From positions 178,597 to 242,596 of the IMG/VR virus record IMGVR_UViG_3300033153_015063: a stretch of 64,000 bases of DNA. The stretch is one strand, 5' to 3'. The notes under the pieces were generated by a model. It had not been told where the DNA came from and made no database searches. It worked only from the letters and a program-made list of their open reading frames with translations. The stretch's first letter is position 1; every line of letters begins with the position of its first letter. Both the position numbers and the translations under genes were made by a program. Shown here one piece after another: positions 28,810-37,281 of this stretch.

Positions 28810-28853
28810 CGGCCAACGCAATAGCTTGTGGAGTATTTAAACCTACCGAACAT

Positions 28854-29309
28854 CTAATGTTCAGTCTTATGGATGACGATGAAATTATCTTCTTTCAATA
28901 TCACTTCGAGAACGGGACGGACCTGGTCCCAATCAAGACCACCGCAACCGCATCCTGGTCGTGGGATAGCAACAGTAGGCCGTCGTGGTCGTGGAAGATG
29001 CATCATCCATTCACCCCTGAGCTCCATGCAACTGGCCCTTATCAGTTCCAGGGTTGCCTTGTCACGCCAGTGTTTTTTCACTGGAAAAGAAAAAATGGTT
29101 TTACCTTTCCAAGCCCCTATCGGGGTAACATCACAACCCATACGAATCGCCTTACCAAGGTTGATATCGACGCCAGGGACCCGGTTCACAGCCTCGGCTG
29201 CACACCCTCTACCCATCACAGCTCGTCCATCACTCTTCGTGGTCTTGTTGGTTGTGATACAAAGCCAGTCGGCGTCAATCTCCCATAGGTCTTCGTTTTT
29301 CTCTATCAA
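28854..29309 (-). CDS. macrodomain protein (DarG/Poa1-like ADP-ribose hydrolase)
   Basis: TTN...GRAVMGRGCA, FPVKKHWR and IPRPGCGCGGLDWDQV are macrodomain motifs. Confidence 0.85.
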   Translation of the reverse strand: MIEKNEDLWEIDADWLCITTNKTTKSDGRAVMGRGCAAEAVNRVPGVDINLGKAIRMGCDVTPIGAWKGKTIFSFPVKKHWRDKATLELIRASCMELRGEWMMHLPRPRRPTVAIPRPGCGCGGLDWDQVRPVLEVILKEDNFIVIHKTEH

Positions 29310-29462
29310 TCATAATCCTCAGTGAAACGCAAAGCCTTCGGGACGGATAAGGTCGTGTAGTTGCGGTTGCATTTTTCTATCAATTATAATCCTCAGTGAA
29401 ACAGGTTGAGGTTAAAATTTCCGGTACATGGTACTACTGTTGCATTTTCTATCAATTATAAT
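29292..29462 (-). CRISPR. CRISPR mini-array: 3 repeats, 2 spacers, no adjacent cas genes
   Basis: Full 37-nt repeat at 29366..29402 (plus: GTTGCATTTTTCTATCAATTATAATCCTCAGTGAAAC); 31/37-match copy at 29292..29328; truncated copy at 29439..29462; unique spacers of 37 and 36 nt; AT-rich leader-like DNA on the right. Confidence 0.75.
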
Positions 29463-29478
29463 TCGAAAATATAATATA

Positions 29479-30177
29479 TTATCCACGTTTCCACCATCGT
29501 TTCTTCTTCTTCGGTTCTCCTTTCTTCTTCATTGTATTCTTTTCCAGGATATTACTCATGTCATAAAGATAATTATCCCCCCTCGTCATAAACTCGAATG
29601 ACATACAGACAAAATCACTCTTCAACCCTCCGTCTTTTGTCGATCCAAGGATATATGAAACCATTCCAATCGCATATCGGCTAGTATATGATACCTCTTC
29701 TGGGTTGAACTCAAGCAATATCAACCAGTCGCCGATTCTGAAGTTACGGTCATTCTTACGCAGCTCGAAGCTCTTTTCTTTTTCCCAGACTGCGTTGAAA
29801 TGTTTCGGCCACGTCTTTATCTCATGCCCTCGGACTGGTATCGTGAATCCTGGAACATTTTCTCTTATGTCGGAAAGGGTCTCCCCATCAACGTTACCTT
29901 CTGCATCAAACAGTCCGATAGACATCGCAAACTCCATGTTTTTCTGGACGTGGATAATTGCAGTAAGGACATCTTTACGATACCGTTCTTCGGCGGTCTC
30001 CTGAGCCTCTTTCCACACCTCCATTTCATCTTCTCTCTTTTTTATTTCATCCTCCATCTCCTTGAATTTATCTGGCCCCATGATGTTCAATAGTTCATCC
30101 TTCAGACCAGTATCATCGTCTTTGAATATAGTAACTATACCACATCCAGGGGTTTTACATCGTGGCATTTTACACAT
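29479..30177 (-). CDS. ASCH/PUA-like (DUF3850-type) domain protein
   Basis: HEIKTWPKHFNAV...KSFELRKNDRNFRIGDWLILLEF. Confidence 0.7.
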   Translation of the reverse strand: MCKMPRCKTPGCGIVTIFKDDDTGLKDELLNIMGPDKFKEMEDEIKKREDEMEVWKEAQETAEERYRKDVLTAIIHVQKNMEFAMSIGLFDAEGNVDGETLSDIRENVPGFTIPVRGHEIKTWPKHFNAVWEKEKSFELRKNDRNFRIGDWLILLEFNPEEVSYTSRYAIGMVSYILGSTKDGGLKSDFVCMSFEFMTRGDNYLYDMSNILEKNTMKKKGEPKKKKRWWKRG

Positions 30178-30584
30178 TCAATGAAGTAAAAACCAGTTCC
30201 AGGGGCCGTGACATGCCGGTATTTACCACCACAGGAACAAGTGTTTAGGGATCGTTCCATCAACCCTAACCCTTCCATCTTCATCCTGTTATCGTACCAG
30301 AAGTTTCTGACGTCGTCTGGGACATCCAGTGTCGAAATACCATGAACCCGTTCTCCAGACGCCTCCGCCCCATAATAATACATGACCTTCAAACCAAAGA
30401 AAGCCAGTTTTAAAGTTAATATAGGATGGAAAATGAACTTGAGAAAACCACGTATGTCAAGCCATTTTCTGGTATTTCCAGGCCAGAGTTTGTCGATGAG
30501 GTCGGCCTTTTGTTGTGTTAAGCCGCAATGAGTACATTTATTGTTCTCAACTACCTTCCCACAACGAAAACAATTTTCCGGCAT
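30135..30584 (-). CDS. hypothetical protein with two zinc ribbons
   Basis: CFRCG...CTHCG and CSCGG...CVKC. Confidence 0.55.
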   Translation of the reverse strand: MPENCFRCGKVVENNKCTHCGLTQQKADLIDKLWPGNTRKWLDIRGFLKFIFHPILTLKLAFFGLKVMYYYGAEASGERVHGISTLDVPDDVRNFWYDNRMKMEGLGLMERSLNTCSCGGKYRHVTAPGTGFYFIECVKCHDVKPLDVV

Positions 30585-30593
30585 ATTATCCCT

Positions 30594-32453
30594 TCATTCT
30601 CCCTGAAACTCTCGTAGACATTTCTTGCCTTCCTCAGTCATCTTGAACTCGAAGCGGGCATACTCGAAGTGGTTGCCTTTCCCGGTGAATGTCCCCTCGG
30701 TAATGTTGGATGGGACGGCCATAGTCATCGCCAACCGTCCAAGGAAATCAGAGACGTAGTAAGGGTTATTGTTCTCAAAGAGCTCCTTCAGGAAGGCGGT
30801 CTGGGCCGGTGTGTTGGTGTTCTTCATCGACTCTGGACGTTCTTTCTTTTTCTCATCGAGGTGGACCTTGACTTCAGTCACTCTATCAAACTCGGAAAGT
30901 GCCTTCTTGGTCCGTTCTATCGCTTCTTTTTGACCAGGCCAGTCAGGTTCAGGTTCGTCTTTAACCATTTCTTTCTCCTCCTTCTCTACGATGTCAGATG
31001 ACTCACATTCGTTCTTGGTGATGATTGGGATCGGTTCCCACTTTGAAGTGTATTCAGTAAACAATACTTCATCCAGATTGTGTGTTTCGCAGTCCTTCAG
31101 TATCCTTTCTCTTATCCGGTGATTGGCGTTCAGTTTATCATAATCCTTTTTTTCCGTCAGACTTTCCATATAATCTTTGTCTTCAACGGACTCGTAGAGA
31201 CGTTGGGCCAACGACACCCACCATTCGTTTGTGACATAATCCAGATGGTCACAGGATAATTCGTACAATTGCATCTCTCGATACCAATCACAGGCAATGG
31301 CACGAAGCCAGAATCTCCAGTATGACCAGACTGGCTTCGTGATACCACCATAGAAAACCTTAGCTGTGGCATAGGAGAGAAGACCTGAATCGGTCCTGAT
31401 GATGGACCCTGGGAAGTCATTGACCATCGTTTTAATGATATCGTGACACCACTCCAGAACACCATTCATTTCTTCCTTGGTCATGGGTGGCATCGGTTCA
31501 GGGTCGAAGTGGTCATATATCTCAAACTGCTCAGCGATGATGTTTGGAATGATGTTCTTGTGTCTACTCATGTAGATGTGCATGTTGTTGGAGACCTGGT
31601 AGAACTTACCAACCTCAAGACCGAGACGGGATGCGACGAGTTGCTGGAAGATGGTGGGATCGAACAGGTCAAAAGGTAAACCCCAGATGGCGTCGTTGGA
31701 CCTGATGGTGCAATGCATATCAACCCGACCCTCTCGAACCTCGAACTGCCATGACATTGTGCAAGGCACGTACTGGCGGGAGTGGTCATGCATCGGGTTC
31801 CAGAAAGAGATAATGGCGTGGCGGGTTGTGGGGTCCCGCTGCAGCTTCTCGATACAGACCTCCAGTTGGTCCACCTCCCATGTCCTGACTGGTACCTCTT
31901 TACGAGATACGTGACAAATCTTGGGTTTCACTTGTTGTATCTGATGGGCGTTGTAAGAGTGGACGTTGTTCATCATCCAGCTCTCCTCGTAGTCATATTT
32001 GTGTGTCCAGTCGAGTTTGATGGGTAGGTCCCGGCCCGGCCAGTGTCTGATACGGTCACCATAGGTATAAGGACAGAGCTCTTTCTTCTCGTCTTTATCT
32101 GGTGGTTCTTGGTGATATTCGTCGTAAGGAATAGGACTCTGACGCCACTTCTCAATCAAGAGCCAGCGTTTGTGGTAGGGGTGGAAGTGATGGATGAATC
32201 CTGGGTTGAGACCGAGAAGGTAGTCCATAACCTCGACCAGGCAGACGCCGACCTGTTGACGGACGTTTGGGATGCCGCACCAGTTCTTCGTCGGATCTTC
32301 GAGAACCAGATGGAGAGAAGGGGCCTCTCGCATGGTCATTACTTTCTCCTTGTTCGGACCTTCAGGACGTTTGATTTTCAGTCCGTTGTTGGAGATGTAG
32401 TCGATGGTATCTCTTACTACTTCAGTAGAAGTATTACCGACAATACTCTTCAT
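30594..32453 (-). CDS. thymidylate synthase-family enzyme, probably a dCMP hydroxymethylase/methylase, with long C-terminal extension
   Basis: YTYGDRI, DPTTRHAII, catalytic VPC, RSNDAIWGLPFD (Asp at the E. coli ThyA Asn177 position) and NMHIY. Confidence 0.8.
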   Translation of the reverse strand: MKSIVGNTSTEVVRDTIDYISNNGLKIKRPEGPNKEKVMTMREAPSLHLVLEDPTKNWCGIPNVRQQVGVCLVEVMDYLLGLNPGFIHHFHPYHKRWLLIEKWRQSPIPYDEYHQEPPDKDEKKELCPYTYGDRIRHWPGRDLPIKLDWTHKYDYEESWMMNNVHSYNAHQIQQVKPKICHVSRKEVPVRTWEVDQLEVCIEKLQRDPTTRHAIISFWNPMHDHSRQYVPCTMSWQFEVREGRVDMHCTIRSNDAIWGLPFDLFDPTIFQQLVASRLGLEVGKFYQVSNNMHIYMSRHKNIIPNIIAEQFEIYDHFDPEPMPPMTKEEMNGVLEWCHDIIKTMVNDFPGSIIRTDSGLLSYATAKVFYGGITKPVWSYWRFWLRAIACDWYREMQLYELSCDHLDYVTNEWWVSLAQRLYESVEDKDYMESLTEKKDYDKLNANHRIRERILKDCETHNLDEVLFTEYTSKWEPIPIITKNECESSDIVEKEEKEMVKDEPEPDWPGQKEAIERTKKALSEFDRVTEVKVHLDEKKKERPESMKNTNTPAQTAFLKELFENNNPYYVSDFLGRLAMTMAVPSNITEGTFTGKGNHFEYARFEFKMTEEGKKCLREFQGE

Positions 32454-32490
32454 ATGAGAGAGTAGGAGAAGGATGAGTTTTTAAAGAGTT

Positions 32491-32970
32491 CTATTTCCCA
32501 TGCCTCTCTTTAAGTTCACGTTGCATAGCCGGAAACGTTCGGTTGAGACGATAAGCTTCATCAGCCCTTTTCCACGCCGTTTCTGGATTGGCATAACCAC
32601 TCTTTGCCTGATAGACCTCACTGAACTGCCCAAGACCAGTATTGGACTTACTACTCAATGGATTTCGCTGATACGCTTTCCATTTTCCATTACCTTCACG
32701 AACAAGTTTATATTCCAGGAAATTGGTCTCATCGAGTTTGACAATCATACCTGCATACAACCCATCTTCTACGACAGGCCAATCTGTGATTGATGGTAGA
32801 TTCAGGGGAAGGCTATCGTGTATTGTTATACCACCAACCATCCTCTCCAGGAACTCTCCCTCCGTCAACTGAGGACTGTCTCCCACAGGCCCCTTGTAAA
32901 CCGTAGCTCCCTCTTCGTAGACGTATTTGTAGCGGTTACCTGAACCTGGAGGGATTTCGACGACGGTCAT
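32491..32970 (-). CDS. shared-leader family member 2
   Basis: MTVVEIPPGSGNRYKYVYEEGATVYKGPVGDSPQLTEGEFLERM. Confidence 0.85.
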   Translation of the reverse strand: MTVVEIPPGSGNRYKYVYEEGATVYKGPVGDSPQLTEGEFLERMVGGITIHDSLPLNLPSITDWPVVEDGLYAGMIVKLDETNFLEYKLVREGNGKWKAYQRNPLSSKSNTGLGQFSEVYQAKSGYANPETAWKRADEAYRLNRTFPAMQRELKERHGK

Positions 32971-33046
32971 GGTATCAATGTGGGATGGGCTGAGGAGTAT
33001 TTAAAAGGTTCTAACGTTTTACGTTTTGTATTTCATTACTGTCGAC

Positions 33047-33313
33047 TCATGGTTGCCTCAGGAAGTTCTTTCGGCAATTGGAACACCAGTCGACGTTTGG
33101 AGTGACACGGTCCATGAGACTGTCACACTCTTTACATTTCCTTGGAGTATCGTCATCCTTTTGTCTCTTCAGATGGTCGGATAATGCGTTGGAGACGGCA
33201 TCGTTTTCTAACATATCCAACAACGACTTTTTCCTTCGCAGTACAGTTTCATCGGGCACCAGTAACACTCCTTTGTGTTTTTCTGAAATTCTTGTTTCTC
33301 TATCTGTTCCCAC
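33047..33313 (-). CDS. small zinc-ribbon protein
   Basis: CKEC...CSNC; the annotated start overlaps the nuclease gene, so the true start is uncertain. Confidence 0.4.
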   Translation of the reverse strand: MGTDRETRISEKHKGVLLVPDETVLRRKKSLLDMLENDAVSNALSDHLKRQKDDDTPRKCKECDSLMDRVTPNVDWCSNCRKNFLRQP

Positions 33314-34020
33314 ATGTATTCAATCTTTCCTATTGCCTTGTTGATGCGTTCTGTGGTGATCTCAAATCTGATTGGTTTGTTGACCCGTAAGAACAGAAAC
33401 TCGAACTCCTTTATCATCTGACCGAATACTCCATCTATCAACATAGCCGTGACCAGGGCCTGCATCTTCATCGGCCCGGTCAACTCTGCCTTCTTATTGG
33501 ATTTATAATCTCTGACCAATATTATGTTTCCGTCTTTGTCGGTCCACATTGCATCAATGATAGCCCTGAGACGTATTTTTTCATCCTTGATATCCAGTTC
33601 ACGGAAACGTGGGATGAAGTCAACCCCTGGGTCAGGGTCCATTCTCCATACTTTCCATCTGCCAGACTCTCTGATAGAGAACAACCTCAACATATCTTTA
33701 GCGTCCATCAGGTGTACTTCACTTTGCCCATACTCCCAATGTGCATCCAGTAGTTGTAGCAACACCGCCTCAATTTTATTCTTTGCATCACGATCAAGGT
33801 CATCATCATCTGGAAAGTACTGTGGTCGGTAGAAGTCTTCCAGTATGGTGTGCATCATACTACCAAACCACCCATAGTCGAATCGTGTTCTTTCGTTGGG
33901 CTCAGGGTTTCCCTGGCATTGGTCTGCGTAGATGAGTTCATACTTTTTCGGGCACTCATAGAATTTATTGATTGCCGTCTGTGAAAGTAGTTTACTGTCG
34001 AGTATTTCCTGAACACCCAT
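33208..34020 (-). CDS. PD-(D/E)xK exonuclease, Cas4/RecB-like, with Fe-S cysteines
   Basis: LSQTAINKFYECP, AIID...VRDYKS, and C-terminal CYWCPMKLYC. Confidence 0.8.
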   Translation of the reverse strand: MGVQEILDSKLLSQTAINKFYECPKKYELIYADQCQGNPEPNERTRFDYGWFGSMMHTILEDFYRPQYFPDDDDLDRDAKNKIEAVLLQLLDAHWEYGQSEVHLMDAKDMLRLFSIRESGRWKVWRMDPDPGVDFIPRFRELDIKDEKIRLRAIIDAMWTDKDGNIILVRDYKSNKKAELTGPMKMQALVTAMLIDGVFGQMIKEFEFLFLRVNKPIRFEITTERINKAIGKIEYMWEQIEKQEFQKNTKECYWCPMKLYCEGKSRCWIC

Positions 34021-34037
34021 TTTATATACCCTCTAAA

Positions 34038-35051
34038 TTAGATGAAGTTTTCGAGTTCGGCCTTTGGGCACTCTGGTGAAATATATTTCATAACACCAAA
34101 CCACCCGATAAGACAACGTAGTTGAATACGTTCGGACCTTCCGTTGGTCATACGGTTGTCGATGTCGCCTATCTTAGCCATCAACCTACCGTAATCCTGA
34201 CGACTCATCTCCATAGAGTCGATGATATTGGCCATCATCTCCAGTATCTCTGAGCCAGAGTAACCATATTGATAAATCATCTCATCAATAGTTGCACAAG
34301 CTCTCTGGAATTTCCCCTCGAAAGCCTCTTTCAGACACCTCTCGACCAGTTCCTGGTCCACCCAACCAATGAGATATCTGGCTTCATCTATAGTGACCTT
34401 CCCTTCGATATAGGAGAGCTCCTGCAAGGCGTTGACAGCTATCCTGGCGTCGCCCTTTGCAGCATCAGCGATATAGTCTTTGACCTTATTTGGGAGACGC
34501 ATATCCTCACCCTTGTCGATGGTGTCAATTATTTTCAGGATGTTCGCTTTCGATAGAACTGTGAAGCGAAATATAGCACATCGTGACTGGATCGGTTCGA
34601 TGAGTTTGTTTGACCAATTACATCCAAGGATAAAACGACATGAGTCAGAATGAATTTCCATCGTTCGACGAAGGGCAGCCTGAGCATCTTTGGTCAACTC
34701 ATCTGCTTCATCGAGGAATAGAACTTTGAAGGATGAAGGTCCATAAGGCACAGTCGAGGCAAAATCCTGTATCGGCCCCCTGACAGTATCAATACCCCGA
34801 CTATCAGAAGCATTCATTTCCTTGAAGTTTTTATCAACAAACTCGTCTCCGAACAATTCATTGGCTAAAGCGATGGCCATCGTGGTTTTGCCGATACCCT
34901 GGGCCCCTGTGAATAGAAGATGAGGTAGGTTGCGATTCTTGATTAACCTTTTCAATCTGGCAATCTTATGTTCGTGACCGATAACCTCGTCCAGAGTCTC
35001 TGGGCGGTACTTCTCCAGAAAGAGTATCTGTTCGATGTCCTCGTAATCCAT
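34038..35051 (-). CDS. rfcS: replication factor C small subunit
   Basis: EKYRP, PHLLFTGAQGIGKT, EMNASDSRGID, DEADELTKDAQAALRRTME and IQSRCA. Confidence 0.95.
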   Translation of the reverse strand: MDYEDIEQILFLEKYRPETLDEVIGHEHKIARLKRLIKNRNLPHLLFTGAQGIGKTTMAIALANELFGDEFVDKNFKEMNASDSRGIDTVRGPIQDFASTVPYGPSSFKVLFLDEADELTKDAQAALRRTMEIHSDSCRFILGCNWSNKLIEPIQSRCAIFRFTVLSKANILKIIDTIDKGEDMRLPNKVKDYIADAAKGDARIAVNALQELSYIEGKVTIDEARYLIGWVDQELVERCLKEAFEGKFQRACATIDEMIYQYGYSGSEILEMMANIIDSMEMSRQDYGRLMAKIGDIDNRMTNGRSERIQLRCLIGWFGVMKYISPECPKAELENFI

Positions 35052-35111
35052 GAAAGGAGTAGGACTGGATGAGTTTAAAAAGTTAAAGGATGGATAGGTG
35101 AAGTGGTGAGA

Positions 35112-35852
35112 TTAACCGATGATGTGTATTTCGCCACCGTAAACGGCATACTCGAAGCTTCTACCATCCTTTGCTAACACTATGTAATGGGGATAGTAAC
35201 GGCGGCCTCTTCCCATGTAGAAATCCTTGAGCCTGATACCCTCGATGTTGTTGAGTACCCTTATTTCTCGGCCAAAGAAAGGATTGTTCTTCCGTTCCCT
35301 TCCGGTAGGCGTCTGCCACTGGCTCATCAACCACTTACTGACCTTCTGGTTCTGTTCTTTTGTCAGGGGGATACCCCCCTCCATCTCTACCCATGTTTGT
35401 AGAGTTCCCAAGTGTACATCCTCTCCACTGTTCTTCCGTCGAGTAAGAAGATTAATTTCCTGTTCTGTGAGATGGTCCTTACCCCAATCTATCTCCTTTC
35501 TTCGGGATTTTTTCAGGCTCCCCTCGTTGTACCATGTGCCATGCACCTTGTAGGCCCACCACCCACTGACTTTGAGTTTTTTATCATCGTCGTACCAGCC
35601 CTCCCGCCATTCCTTGAGTGTCACAGGATGATAACCCCAGTTGGGGCTATCAGGGAGGGTGAGATAGTCACCGAGCTCAAACTTATTCTTCGGGACTTTC
35701 CCTTTCCCACCTTCCATCCCCTTCAAGAACTCCTCCTCCGAAAGCCCAGGACTATTCCCTACAGGCCCCTTGTAGACTGTGTCCTGGGTGCCCTTGTCGT
35801 AATCATACCTGTAGCGGTTCCCTGAGCCCTCAGGAATCTCAACGGTGGTCAT
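35112..35852 (-). CDS. shared-leader family member 3
   Basis: MTTVEIPEGSGNRYRYDY...VYKGPVGNSPGLSEEEFL. Confidence 0.85.
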   Translation of the reverse strand: MTTVEIPEGSGNRYRYDYDKGTQDTVYKGPVGNSPGLSEEEFLKGMEGGKGKVPKNKFELGDYLTLPDSPNWGYHPVTLKEWREGWYDDDKKLKVSGWWAYKVHGTWYNEGSLKKSRRKEIDWGKDHLTEQEINLLTRRKNSGEDVHLGTLQTWVEMEGGIPLTKEQNQKVSKWLMSQWQTPTGRERKNNPFFGREIRVLNNIEGIRLKDFYMGRGRRYYPHYIVLAKDGRSFEYAVYGGEIHIIG

Positions 35853-35903
35853 CAGGGGAGGAAAGGGCTGAGGAGTATTTAAAGATTCGGAGGGAGGATC
35901 GGA

Positions 35904-36647
35904 TTACTCGGTCCTTTTCAGGACCTTTTTACCGAGTGGCCCGATATCATAATAGACTGATTTGCCACGTTTAGATTTGATGATATAACCGTCGTCAGCC
36001 CATCCACCCAGTATCATGCCACCCTGACGCCCACCTGGAAGCATACCCGCTTTTTTCAGCTCGGTCTGGGCAACAGATCCCTCTTTCTCCAGATGGATGA
36101 TAAGGTTGTGTTTTTTCGAACCATCTCTCACGGCACCAGGTCCGACCAGGTCATCTTCGACCTTTTCCTTCCAGTTGGGGACGTCCTTGTTCTGGACTAC
36201 AATTTTCTTTAGTGCGGTCTTGTAGCGTTTGGCCCTACTTCCATACCCGTAGTTTACCTTCACGAACTCGTCGATGAACTGATTTTTCCAGGTGTCAGGC
36301 TTGAGTCTGGTTGTGGTTGGGTCGTCGGCCTGGATGAACTTACCCTCACGCCCTTTGAACACCACACCATCAATACTCTTACCTGTCAGACCTTCGAGTT
36401 GTTTTTGGAGTTCAGCGACCTCATGGTAGGTCTTTTCGTGTTCACCGGCCGGTTCAGTGACCAACTCTGGAGTATGGTCATCAATGTCGATGATAGTTGG
36501 AGTTTTGAACCTCTCCAGGAACTCCTCCTCCGAAAGCTCAGGTGCTTCTCCCACAGGCCCCTTGTATTGTGTCTTTCCTTCCTCGTACTCGTACCTGTAT
36601 CTGTTACCGGACCCTGGTGGAATCTTGTTGGACTGGCGGCGGTTCAC
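35904..36647 (-). CDS. shared-leader family member 4 (C-terminal winged-helix payload)
   Basis: IPPGSGNRYRYEYEEGKTQYKGPVGEAPELSEEEFLE; GTG start overlaps the stop of member 5; MarR-like C-terminus. Confidence 0.85.
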   Translation of the reverse strand: MNRRQSNKIPPGSGNRYRYEYEEGKTQYKGPVGEAPELSEEEFLERFKTPTIIDIDDHTPELVTEPAGEHEKTYHEVAELQKQLEGLTGKSIDGVVFKGREGKFIQADDPTTTRLKPDTWKNQFIDEFVKVNYGYGSRAKRYKTALKKIVVQNKDVPNWKEKVEDDLVGPGAVRDGSKKHNLIIHLEKEGSVAQTELKKAGMLPGGRQGGMILGGWADDGYIIKSKRGKSVYYDIGPLGKKVLKRTE

Positions 36648-37153
36648 TTTTTTTGTGGTATATGGAAGAAATCCTCCGTTTCCTTCACATTTTCCATCTT
36701 ACGGAGCGATTTTTGAAGAGCTGTACTGGCCTGAAACTTTTCGACCACGATACCATTCTCATAATCTGATATTATTTGACGTAAAGCATCCTGATATCTT
36801 CCCTGACCTCGATATAATTCATCGAGCTCCGTGTTCCAGATTGCTATCAGGTTGATATTATCTATTCCGACCTGTTCTTTGAATTTTTTACTATCGCCAA
36901 CGTACTCAAAACCAGCGATATGGCCGATTCGTTTTCGGCCATCATAGATACCATATATCGCTGTTTTATACTCAGACTTCAAACGACGCACCCTGGTTGT
37001 ATATGAGACGTTTTTACCAGCCATCCTCTCCATGAACTCAGCCTCTCCCAGCTCAGGTGCTTCTCCCACAGGTCCTTTGTACTGTGTCTTGCCATTCTCG
37101 TACTCATAGCGGTATCTGTTGCCACTTCCAGGAGGGATTTCAACTATGGACAT
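36644..37153 (-). CDS. shared-leader family member 5 (GNAT-like payload)
   Basis: Leader, then ELDELYRGQGRYQDAL resembling the GNAT acetyl-CoA-binding motif A. Confidence 0.8.
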   Translation of the reverse strand: MSIVEIPPGSGNRYRYEYENGKTQYKGPVGEAPELGEAEFMERMAGKNVSYTTRVRRLKSEYKTAIYGIYDGRKRIGHIAGFEYVGDSKKFKEQVGIDNINLIAIWNTELDELYRGQGRYQDALRQIISDYENGIVVEKFQASTALQKSLRKMENVKETEDFFHIPQKK

Positions 37154-37190
37154 TGGAGAGTGATAGGGGAGGGAGGATAAGAAGATTGTG

Positions 37191-37243
37191 GTAGGATGGT
37201 GGGATGGAGTAGGATGGTGGGATGGAGTAGGGAGGTGGGAGGA
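37191..37243 (+). repeat. 18-bp tandem repeat (GTAGGATGGTGGGATGGA x2 plus a degenerate third copy)
   Basis: Read directly at 37191..37208, 37209..37226 and 37227..37243, in a divergent intergenic gap. Confidence 0.8.
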
Positions 37244-37281
37244 GAGTGACGATGGTGATGGGGCAGTCTTTATAAAGACGG

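Noticed and set aside
33208-34020. Cas4-like nuclease as evidence of a complete CRISPR-Cas system
   Set aside because: No cas1, cas2, cas6 or effector genes in the window; solo Cas4-like nucleases are common viral recombination enzymes.
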